Below, piece after piece: positions 1-6,736 of a DNA stretch of 64,000 nt. The position numbers and the translations under genes were made by a program. A model generated the notes under the pieces. It saw only the letters and a program-made list of their open reading frames with translations, was not told the origin of the DNA and searched no databases. Source of the stretch: Patescibacteria group bacterium (GTDB taxonomy: Bacteria; Patescibacteriota; Minisyncoccia; Minisyncoccales; GWA2-38-27); the NCBI GenBank assembly GCA_020148045.1, contig JAHCRG010000006.1:137909-201908 (forward strand), written 5' to 3'. Each line of letters starts with the position of its first letter. Positions within the stretch are counted from its first letter, which is position 1.

Positions 1-456
1 TTGGAGTTAGATAATCCGCCAAATTATGGATATACTTATTCAACAGATGAAAATCCCACAAAAGAAGAAGACCATACAATGGAAATTACCGGTCTTTTGT
101 CAAATACAACTTATTGCTATCGTTGTGTTTCTCATGGTTCTTTGGCAGTGAGCACAGAGCATAGTTTTACTACTCTTAGTGTTATAGGAGAACAAGAAGA
201 AGAGGAGGAGGAAGAGGAAGAAGAACTAGGCCCAATAGTAGGCGAGGAAGAAGAGGAAGAGGAAGAAGAGGAGGAAGAAGAGGAGGAGGAAGAAGAAGAA
301 GTTGTTGAGGGGGAAGAAACGGGACTGGGCTGGCTCTTAGCAGCAATCGGTGATTTGTTTAGATTGGAGAATCTCTGGTGGCTTTTACTACTTCTTATAA
401 TTATAATAATTATTTTGTTTTTGTTATCTCGTAAGAAGAAAAGAAAAGAAGAATAA
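1..456 (+). CDS. C-terminal fragment of a surface protein: FN3-like beta domain, poly-Glu linker, C-terminal TM anchor and KKKRKEE tail. The 5' end lies outside the window.
   Basis: The ORF is open from base 1. It has an LSNTTYCYRCVS...FTT motif typical of FN3-like domains, two long E runs, then the hydrophobic stretch LWWLLLLLIIIIIILFLL followed by basic residues. Confidence 0.6.
   Translation: MELDNPPNYGYTYSTDENPTKEEDHTMEITGLLSNTTYCYRCVSHGSLAVSTEHSFTTLSVIGEQEEEEEEEEEELGPIVGEEEEEEEEEEEEEEEEEEEVVEGEETGLGWLLAAIGDLFRLENLWWLLLLLIIIIIILFLLSRKKKRKEE
190..303 (+). repeat. GAA/GAG-rich low-complexity tract encoding poly-glutamate
   Basis: Direct reading shows two runs of gaa/gag codons, at 190-226 and 241-300. 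Confidence 0.9.
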
Positions 457-471
457 AAAAGCCTTTCTATA

Positions 472-500
472 CTGCCCGAGGCCCGTCCTCGGGCAGTTTT
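472..500 (+). terminator. Intrinsic terminator, copy 1 of a triplicated GC-rich hairpin
   Basis: ctgcccgagg-cccg-tcctcgggcag followed by tttt. Identical hairpins occur at 4210 and 5541. Confidence 0.8.
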
Positions 501-521
501 GGTATAAAAGGGGTGTGAGGG

Positions 522-550
522 TTGACAAAATTCTTAGGTTGTGATAAATT
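522..550 (+). promoter_or_regulatory. Sigma70-type promoter of the csgEFG-curlin operon
   Basis: TTGACA (522-527), 17-nt spacer ending in TGa, then TAAATT (545-550). Paralogous promoters lie at 4279 and 5585. Confidence 0.6.
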
Positions 551-575
551 ATAGAATATTTAATCCGAGGTATTT

Positions 576-622
576 AATCCGAGAGGATTGATTTTTATCT
601 TGGCGGTTCGTTTAAAACTTAA
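576..622 (+). promoter_or_regulatory. Conserved 5' leader element (small GNRA hairpin plus U-run), copy 1
   Basis: A 47-nt block, aatccgagaggattgatttttatcttggcggttcgtttaaaacttaa, is repeated exactly at 4343-4389. It contains AAUCC-GAGA-GGAUU followed by GAUUUUUAU. Confidence 0.55.
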
Positions 623-722
623 TTGGATAGAAAGTTAAAGAAAGGAGATGACAGTGAGAAGATAGAAAAAAAGGTAATTGTTGTTTAGAAAGCAATGTAT
701 AAACAAAGAAAGGAGAAAACGA

Positions 723-1508
723 ATGAAAAGATTTTGGATGATTTTGGTATTGATGTTGGCCCTGGGTTTAGTTTTTACTTTGGCTGTTCAAGCAAAGCAG
801 GAAAAAACAGAGGAGGTAAAAAAAGAGCCGGCAGAAACAGCATGTACAGCATGTGTTGTTGATGCCAGAAAATGTCGTGGTTTCAACAACGTAATGTATG
901 GTGTAGTTTCTTTTAGAGAGGTTTGGAATAGTTCTAAATTTACTCTTCAAAAAGTATGTGTCGTAAAAGGTGACAAACCCAGCGTTTGGAGTTTTGAGGG
1001 TCGTGTAGCGGTTGTTTCTGAGATTACAACAACACAGCAAAAAGAGGCGAAGCAGCAAAAAGAGGTGAAACCCGAGAAAACTTCTGCAGCAGAAGAAAAA
1101 TTAAGCAGGTCAATTGGAAAAATTGAAGAAGCAGAAAGAGCAGCAACAAAAAGAGAAATAGCAGCAGAAGAAGAACTGATGGAAGAAATAACCGGGTTAA
1201 TTATTGAGCAGACCATGACCAAGATTGGTTATGAGTTCTACGAAAACTTCTTCATTCGTTGGGAAGCGCCAAAAGGGATTAAGGGCTACAACATCTTTAT
1301 TGACGAGAGAGCCAGTCCTCTATGGGGAAGCTGGATTCAGATTAAGGTTGATACAACCATGGTTTGGAGCAAAGTGCTTAAACCAAGGTCTGAAGAGATT
1401 GAGGAAGCAGCCAAACAAGCTGTTGAAGTAACCAAGGGATTTCTCTCTCGCTATGAAGAGTACAAAAGAGAGCTTGAAGGACCAGACATGGTAGGCAGCG
1501 GTATTTAG
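723..1508 (+). CDS. csgE: CsgE-like curli secretion specificity factor with an approx 130-aa N-terminal extension
   Basis: The C-terminal GLIIEQTMTKIGYEFYENFFIRWEA...IDERASPLWGSWIQIKVD aligns by eye with E. coli CsgE (GLLTDHTVSSIGHDFYRAF...INERPSARWGSWITITVN). There is a signal peptide from the ATG at 723, and an RBS aaaggag lies 7 nt upstream. Confidence 0.8.
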   Translation: MKRFWMILVLMLALGLVFTLAVQAKQEKTEEVKKEPAETACTACVVDARKCRGFNNVMYGVVSFREVWNSSKFTLQKVCVVKGDKPSVWSFEGRVAVVSEITTTQQKEAKQQKEVKPEKTSAAEEKLSRSIGKIEEAERAATKREIAAEEELMEEITGLIIEQTMTKIGYEFYENFFIRWEAPKGIKGYNIFIDERASPLWGSWIQIKVDTTMVWSKVLKPRSEEIEEAAKQAVEVTKGFLSRYEEYKRELEGPDMVGSGI

Positions 1509-1579
1509 GAGGGATTGTTAAGGAACGTGTAAGGTATTTGAAGAAAGTGTAAATTTAATCCAAAGAAAGGGGAAAGAAA

Positions 1580-2014
1580 ATGAAACGATTAGTGATGTAT
1601 GTTATTTGCGGCATTGTTTGCGTTTTGTTTTTAATGCCGGCAACTGAAGCCACAGCCACAGAATTGGTGTTTGAGTTCATAAACCCGTCTTTCGGCGGTT
1701 CGCCGTTTAATGGACCGTGGATGTTAGCTCAAGCAGAGGCCCAGAACAAGCTCGTAGAGAAGCAAAAGCCGTTTACAATGCCAAAGAGAGACCCGATACA
1801 GGACTTTGAAGATAGTCTGAATCGGCAGATACTCTACCAGATGTCAAGAAAGATAGTGAGTTCAGCATTTGGCGAGGAAGGCCTTGAGCCCGGTCAGTAC
1901 AGCGTAGGCGATTACACAATTGATGTGACGGTTGATGTCATCAGTGGCATAAAAGTTACTATAACTGACACCGTAACTGGAAACTCAACCACTGTAAAAG
2001 TACCCTATTATTAA
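1580..2014 (+). CDS. csgF: CsgF curli assembly/channel-capping protein
   Basis: Signal peptide followed by ELVFEFINPSFGGSPFNGPWMLAQAEAQN, compared with E. coli [27 protein letters not shown]. The C-terminal DYTIDVT...VTITDTVTGNSTTVKV matches DYIVDIA...LNVTDRKTGQTSTIQV. Confidence 0.88.
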   Translation: MKRLVMYVICGIVCVLFLMPATEATATELVFEFINPSFGGSPFNGPWMLAQAEAQNKLVEKQKPFTMPKRDPIQDFEDSLNRQILYQMSRKIVSSAFGEEGLEPGQYSVGDYTIDVTVDVISGIKVTITDTVTGNSTTVKVPYY

Positions 2015-2029
2015 GAGAGGAGGTAAGAA

Positions 2030-2950
2030 ATGAGAAGAATACTGAATATTGTGATTATGGCAGCCATGCTAATGGCACTTGTTCTTCTGTCTGGCTGCGC
2101 TACTACGATGGCTTCTATGTATACCGAGCGGGCAACTATGGCATTTACTACTGCTATTCATCAGGATTTGATTTCTCTGCCTCCGCCGGAAGAAAAAATT
2201 GTGGTAGCAGTTTATAAGTTTAGGGACCAGAGCGGACAGTACAAGCCTCATCCTGCCGCAGTCAGTTTTTCAACAGCTGTTACTCAAGGAGCTACTTCAA
2301 TGCTGAATAAAGCTCTTGAAGATTCTGGCTGGTTTATCCCTATAGAAAGGGAAGGATTGCCTAACTTGTTGAACGAGAGGAAAATCATTCGTTCAACAAT
2401 GATGCAGTATCAAGCCCAAAACAGTGAAGGCGAGAATTTACCGCCTTTACCACCTTTGCTCTATGCAGGTGTACTTTTAGAGGGAGGCATAATTGCCTAT
2501 GAAACCAATTTAGTTACCGGTGGTTTCGGACTCAGATACTTTGGCTTAGGCGGTTCTACCGAGGCAAGGAAAGACCAGGTAACCATTTATTTGAGGGCTG
2601 TAGCTGTCAAGAATGGCAAGATTCTTAAATCTGTCTCAACCACCAAATCCATTCTTTCCAGAGAAGTGAATTTCGGTGTTTACAGATTTGTCAGAGTCAA
2701 GAGGTTGTTGGAGGCAGAAACCGGTTTATCCACTAATGAGCCTCCGTCAATGTGCGTCCTGGAAGCAATAGAGAAAGCTGTCTACGACCTGGTTGTAGAA
2801 GGCATTCAGGACGGCCTCTGGAATTTGAGAAATCCAGAGGACATCAACTCTCCGCTTATTCAGAAGTATTTAAAAGAAAAAGAAGCGACAGAGAAGATAG
2901 TTACCTTTGACGAAGAAGGTAACTTGGTAGCAGTTAAGGACGTTGAATGA
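2030..2950 (+). CDS. csgG: CsgG curli secretion channel lipoprotein
   Basis: Lipobox LLSGC. Full-length similarity to E. coli CsgG (VAVYKFRDQSGQYKP, STAVTQGATSML, WFIPIEREGLPNLLNERKIIR, SILSREVNFGVYRF, TNEPPSMCVLEAIEKAV). Confidence 0.92.
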   Translation: MRRILNIVIMAAMLMALVLLSGCATTMASMYTERATMAFTTAIHQDLISLPPPEEKIVVAVYKFRDQSGQYKPHPAAVSFSTAVTQGATSMLNKALEDSGWFIPIEREGLPNLLNERKIIRSTMMQYQAQNSEGENLPPLPPLLYAGVLLEGGIIAYETNLVTGGFGLRYFGLGGSTEARKDQVTIYLRAVAVKNGKILKSVSTTKSILSREVNFGVYRFVRVKRLLEAETGLSTNEPPSMCVLEAIEKAVYDLVVEGIQDGLWNLRNPEDINSPLIQKYLKEKEATEKIVTFDEEGNLVAVKDVE

Positions 2951-3053
2951 TTTCTATCCAGTATAGGCATAGACAGAGATGAAAGAAAGAGAGGTAATTT
3001 ATGAACAGAAGGATTTTAATAGTAACAATGGCTTTGGTAATTCTTCTTGGTTT
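2918..3053 (+). repeat. 136-bp duplicated block, copy 1 (csgG 3' end, intergenic region, RBS and curlin signal peptide)
   Basis: Matches 4392-4527 with a single mismatch by direct comparison. Confidence 0.9.
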
Positions 3054-3978
3054 ATCCGGCTTGGCTCTTGCTGATGGTAATACCAGCACTGTCGATCAGA
3101 CCGGCAACGACAACAGAGCTAGGGTTAGCCAAGATGGCAGTGGTAATGAAGCCACTATCACCCAGGAAGGCGATGACAACGTTGCTTCTCAGAGTCAGAC
3201 CGGCGACGAGGACATTGCCATTATCACCCAGACAGGCAATGGGAACACAGCTTACCAGTCCCAGACCGGCAGCACTAACAACCAAGCCACTATTGTGCAA
3301 AACACCAGTGGCACTGGGAATATTGCTAGCCAAACCCAGAACGGCAGTTGGAATATTGCCTTGATTCAGCAAATTGAAAGTAGTACTCTCAATACTGCTG
3401 CTCAGGTCCAGACGGGTATTGGGAACGATGCCTCGATTGAGCAGAGTGGGTCCGCAGCTGGGAACACGGCTAACCAAACCCAGATTGGAACCGGCGTCGC
3501 CTGGAACATAGCTAAGATACGGCAGAGGGGAAAAGACTCCATCGCCAGGCAATACCAGGACGGCCGTGGCAACGATGCCTATATTGGCCAGTTTTCATCT
3601 TACAACTATGCTGCACAGAACCAGACAGGTGAGTACAATGGGGCCAAGATTATGCAGTTTGCCGCACACAACATTGCTTACCAAACCCAAGTTGGTATCT
3701 CCAATATTGCTGAGATTGAGCAGCGGGGAGTTGGAAACTATGCTCGACAAAACCAGACAGGTGATGACAATGAGGCCAAAATTTCCCAGAACCCGTACCC
3801 TAGTGATGGTGGCGGCAACGTAGCTTACCAAACTCAGAACGGTAACGGCAACTATGCTGAAGCTACGCAGGTTGGTTGGAACAATTGGAGTTCTCAGACC
3901 CAGACCGGTGACTTCGATTCGAGCATTGTTACTCAGATAGGGGATGGTAATGTAGCTACGGTTGTCCAAACTCCGTAA
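3001..3978 (+). CDS. csgA: Curlin-repeat amyloid subunit (CsgA/CsgB-like), 325 aa with approx 25 strand motifs
   Basis: Signal peptide (..GLALA), then iterated Q-x-G-x-x-N-x-A-x-x-x-Q units, for example VSQDGSGNEATITQEGDDNVASQSQTGDEDIAIITQTGNGNTAYQSQ. Confidence 0.88.
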   Translation: MNRRILIVTMALVILLGLSGLALADGNTSTVDQTGNDNRARVSQDGSGNEATITQEGDDNVASQSQTGDEDIAIITQTGNGNTAYQSQTGSTNNQATIVQNTSGTGNIASQTQNGSWNIALIQQIESSTLNTAAQVQTGIGNDASIEQSGSAAGNTANQTQIGTGVAWNIAKIRQRGKDSIARQYQDGRGNDAYIGQFSSYNYAAQNQTGEYNGAKIMQFAAHNIAYQTQVGISNIAEIEQRGVGNYARQNQTGDDNEAKISQNPYPSDGGGNVAYQTQNGNGNYAEATQVGWNNWSSQTQTGDFDSSIVTQIGDGNVATVVQTP

Positions 3979-4053
3979 GTTAAGTCAATGTTTTAACCCG
4001 GAGCAATAGTGCTCCATAGAATTTTCATCTTGTCTATATTTGGAAGAAATAAA

Positions 4054-4083
4054 CCCCCACTACCAATTTCATTGGTGTGAGGG
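4054..4083 (+). terminator. Imperfect hairpin of the CCCCCAC(T/A)ACCAA...TTGGTGTGAGGG family, 3' of curlin gene 1
   Basis: cccccactaccaa-atttca-ttggtgtgaggg. A second, better terminator (gggcgagga...tcttcgccc plus T-run) follows at about 4133-4170. Confidence 0.45.
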
Positions 4084-4209
4084 TAAACCTATTACTACCA
4101 GAAATTTTTTTGAAGTTTTGGTGTGAGGGTGAAGGGCGAGGATTAAAAAAATCTTCGCCCTGTTTTTATTTTTTATTTCCATTTCCGATTTTTTTTACAT
4201 TTCTATTTT

Positions 4210-4236
4210 GCCCGAGGCCCGTCCTCGGGCAGTTTT
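4210..4236 (+). terminator. Intrinsic terminator, copy 2 of the triplicated hairpin
   Basis: tgcccgaggcccgtcctcgggca plus tttt. Confidence 0.8.
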
Positions 4237-4278
4237 GGTGTAGGGGTTGACCCCCACTTTTGTTAGTTTGAATGGAGG

Positions 4279-4307
4279 TTGACAATCTTCTTTGGTTATG
4301 ATAATTT
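4279..4307 (+). promoter_or_regulatory. Sigma70-type promoter of curlin gene 2
   Basis: TTGACA (4279-4284), 17 nt ending in TGa, then TAATTT (4302-4307). Confidence 0.6.
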
Positions 4308-4342
4308 ACAAGATATCTAAAAATCAATTCGTTAAAGGAAAA

Positions 4343-4389
4343 AATCCGAGAGGATTGATTTTTATCTTGGCGGTTCGTTTAAAACTTAA
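4343..4389 (+). promoter_or_regulatory. Conserved 5' leader element, copy 2
   Basis: Exact 47-nt repeat of 576-622. Confidence 0.55.
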
Positions 4390-4391
4390 AA

Positions 4392-4424
4392 GGTAACTTG
4401 GTAGCAGTTAAGGACGTTGAATGA
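4392..4424 (+). pseudogene. 33-nt relic of the csgG 3' end (GNLVAVKDVE-stop) carried by the duplication
   Basis: Identical to csgG 2918-2950, but no csgG body lies upstream of it. Confidence 0.8.
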
Positions 4425-4474
4425 TTTCTATCCAGTATAGACATAGACAGAGATGAAAGAAAGAGAGGTAATTT

Positions 4475-5380
4475 ATGAACAGAAGGATTTTAATAGTAAC
4501 AATGGCTTTGGTAATTCTTCTTGGTTTGTCTGGATTAGCTTTTGCCGATGGGAATGTGAGCACGGTCAATCAGACCGGCGCTGGCAATAGTGCTACGGTT
4601 AGCCAAGCTGGTATTAACAACGATGCTGAGATTACTCAAAATGGCAATGGGAACGTTTCTTCTCAGAGCCAAGCCGGCCCTGTTGGTAATAACGAAGCTA
4701 AGATTCTCCAGGTTGGTAACACGAATATTGCTTCCCAAGACCAGAGGATCGGCAACAACCTGGCCGAGATTAAGCAGACCAGTACAGGTAGCAACCTTGC
4801 TTCTCAAATCCAGTGGGGCCAATGGAATATTGCCCTGATTGAGCAAATTGAAGGGAGCAACGGCAATAGGGCTTACCAAGTCCAGCTCAGTAAAGGCCAC
4901 AATGCTTATATTAAGCAGGACGAGAACGCAACTGGCAACTATGCTTCTCAAACCCAGTCTGGTGGTCCTGGGATGGGCGGCGAGAACACCGCTGGGATAT
5001 GGCAGAGCGGAGACTCCGCCACTGCCATTCAGAACCAGACTGGTAATGTGAATGGTGCCTACATTAGGCAGAGAGGCGTTGCCAGCCGGGCTTACCAAAC
5101 CCAATATGGTATCTCCAACGCCGCCTTTATTGTCCAGTTCTCATCTGGAAACTATGCTGCACAAGACCAGACAGGTGAGGGCAATGAAGCCAGGATTCGG
5201 CAGTTTGGCGGTGACGGCAACGTAGCTTACCAAACCCAGAACGGTAACGACAACGATGCTTTCGCTACGCAGGTTGGTTCTAGTAATTTCAGTTCTCAGA
5301 CCCAGAACGGCACCAGCGATTTCAGTGTTGTCCAGCAGATAGGAAACGGTAATGTGTCTACGGTTGTCCAAAGCAACTAA
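4475..5380 (+). CDS. Second curlin-repeat amyloid subunit (CsgA/CsgB-like), 301 aa
   Basis: The first 17 residues match the 3001 gene exactly, the next 8 differ at 2 positions, and the repeats then diverge (VSQAGINNDAEITQNGNGNVSSQSQ...). The C-terminal IGNGNVSTVVQ is paralogous to IGDGNVATVVQ. Confidence 0.88.
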   Translation: MNRRILIVTMALVILLGLSGLAFADGNVSTVNQTGAGNSATVSQAGINNDAEITQNGNGNVSSQSQAGPVGNNEAKILQVGNTNIASQDQRIGNNLAEIKQTSTGSNLASQIQWGQWNIALIEQIEGSNGNRAYQVQLSKGHNAYIKQDENATGNYASQTQSGGPGMGGENTAGIWQSGDSATAIQNQTGNVNGAYIRQRGVASRAYQTQYGISNAAFIVQFSSGNYAAQDQTGEGNEARIRQFGGDGNVAYQTQNGNDNDAFATQVGSSNFSSQTQNGTSDFSVVQQIGNGNVSTVVQSN

Positions 5381-5540
5381 GTCAATGTTTTAACCCGGGG
5401 CAATAGTGCTCCATAGAATTTCATCTTGTTTATGTTTGGAAGAAATAAACCCCCACTACCAATTTCATTGGTGTGAGGGTGAAGGGCGAGGATTAAAAAA
5501 TCTTCGCCCTGTTTTTTTCGATTTTTTTACATTTCTATTT

Positions 5541-5568
5541 TGCCCGAGGCCCGTCCTCGGGCAGTTTT
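5541..5568 (+). terminator. Intrinsic terminator, copy 3 of the triplicated hairpin
   Basis: tgcccgaggcccgtcctcgggca plus tttt. Confidence 0.8.
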
Positions 5569-5584
5569 GGTATAAAAGGAAGGT

Positions 5585-5613
5585 TTGACAATCTTCTTTG
5601 GCTGTGATAATTT
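5585..5613 (+). promoter_or_regulatory. Sigma70-type promoter of the beta-barrel protein gene
   Basis: TTGACA (5585-5590), 17 nt ending in TGa, then TAATTT (5608-5613). Nearly identical to the promoter at 4279. Confidence 0.6.
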
Positions 5614-5852
5614 ACAGGATAGTTTGAAACCAATTCTTTGAAGGAAAGAATTAGGAGAATTGGTTTTTAACGGTTCTTTGAAAATTTAAGAAAGGAGGTG
5701 ATGGAAATGGAAAGAAAAATGCCAAGAGAGCCACCCGGAGAATAGATTAAGCCAGAAAATGAAGTATTTGTTTTGGCAGTCAATTGTATTTTGTAGGAAA
5801 TTTTATTGAAAAGAAACTGTTTTTTCACAATTAAATTCAGAAAGGAATTGTT

Positions 5853-6671
5853 ATGGAAAAGAGATTGTTACTGTTAGTTGTGGTGCTTGTGGTGGTTGGT
5901 TTGGGGAGTTCTCCTGCTTTTGCCTTAGACCCGATGGGGCCTCCAACAGGGAACCTGAGACAGGGGCAGTCTCAAGCAGGGATTGATTACTCCTACAGCA
6001 CAATGGACCTTAAATTAACCAACGGTAAATGGACTGAGTATAAAAATGGAAGGTTTTACGACTCAGGAGAAGCGTTTTCCTTGACCCTCAAGAATTTCAA
6101 GATGAATAAGGTATATGCCAACTTTGGATATGGCATCTTTGACAACTGGGACCTATTTTTGCGTTTAGGCGGAGCAGACGCCAAATTTGGTGACTCAATC
6201 TGGGAAGAAGGAGAAAAATTTGATGGCCCGGCTAGTTTTACAATTGGCTTTGGTACCAAAGCAACCTTTTATCAAGAGGGTCCTCTCAAATTGGGCGGAC
6301 TGTTTCAAGCAAGTTGGGCTGATTTGGATGGGCATCTAAAAGCAAAGGACTGGGCTGACTCTGTTGATATTGAGCTTACTGAGATGCAAATCGCTATAGG
6401 CCCAAGCTATGAGCTGGCAGACGGTGTTTCTATTTACGGCGGCCCCTTTTTCCATTTCGTTAATGGCGATTTAGATGATAATTTTAGTGAGACGTGGAAC
6501 GGAGATGTCTTGAGTTCGAAATACTCCTGGGATATTGGTGAGGCCTCTACTTTCGGTTATTATATTGGTTTTCAGGGAGTGAACCTCACCGAAAACATTT
6601 TTCTCAACATCGAGTACCAGCGTACAGCATCAGCTGATGCTCTTGGTCTGAAGCTCATCTGGAGATTTTAG
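5853..6671 (+). CDS. Outer-membrane beta-barrel-type protein (OMP_b-brl / porin-like), 272 aa
   Basis: Signal peptide ending in PAFA. Alternating amphipathic strands rich in G, Y and aromatic residues. The C-terminal LKLIWRF ends in Phe, a typical BAM beta-signal. Confidence 0.6.
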   Translation: MEKRLLLLVVVLVVVGLGSSPAFALDPMGPPTGNLRQGQSQAGIDYSYSTMDLKLTNGKWTEYKNGRFYDSGEAFSLTLKNFKMNKVYANFGYGIFDNWDLFLRLGGADAKFGDSIWEEGEKFDGPASFTIGFGTKATFYQEGPLKLGGLFQASWADLDGHLKAKDWADSVDIELTEMQIAIGPSYELADGVSIYGGPFFHFVNGDLDDNFSETWNGDVLSSKYSWDIGEASTFGYYIGFQGVNLTENIFLNIEYQRTASADALGLKLIWRF

Positions 6672-6681
6672 TCAAAACTAA

Positions 6682-6720
6682 GCCGAGGAGGTAGCTATCT
6701 TTACCCCTCGGCATTTTTTA
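6682..6720. terminator. Hairpin terminator between convergent genes, at the compositional boundary
   Basis: gccgagg...cctcggc followed by atttttta. Confidence 0.65.
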
Positions 6721-6736
6721 TGAAGCCCGACTTCAC

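Noticed and set aside
648-665. Tiny uORFs directly behind strong SD-like sequences in structured leaders: 648-665 (MTVRR), 5701-5745 (MEMERKMPREPPGE) and 55118-55162 (MCWEAFRFWKNSIT).
   Set aside because: The GGAG-to-ATG spacing is only 0-2 nt, whereas real genes here use 6-8 nt. The peptides are not conserved between the paralogous leaders. The purine-rich boxes are more likely RNA-structure or regulatory elements.
3047-3969. Long alternative-frame and antisense ORFs inside the first curlin gene (3047-3364 +, 3052-3552 -, 3566-3823 +, 3595-3969 -).
   Set aside because: They arise because the repetitive, stop-poor GC-rich codon pattern keeps several frames open. They have no RBS, and their products are low-complexity mirrors of the curlin repeats. 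The frame with the signal peptide and the QxGxxNxA motifs is clearly the real one.
4535-5371. The same class of shadow ORFs inside the second curlin gene (4535-5104 -, 4590-4838 +, 4839-5051 +, 5141-5371 -).
   Set aside because: Same reasoning as for the first curlin gene.
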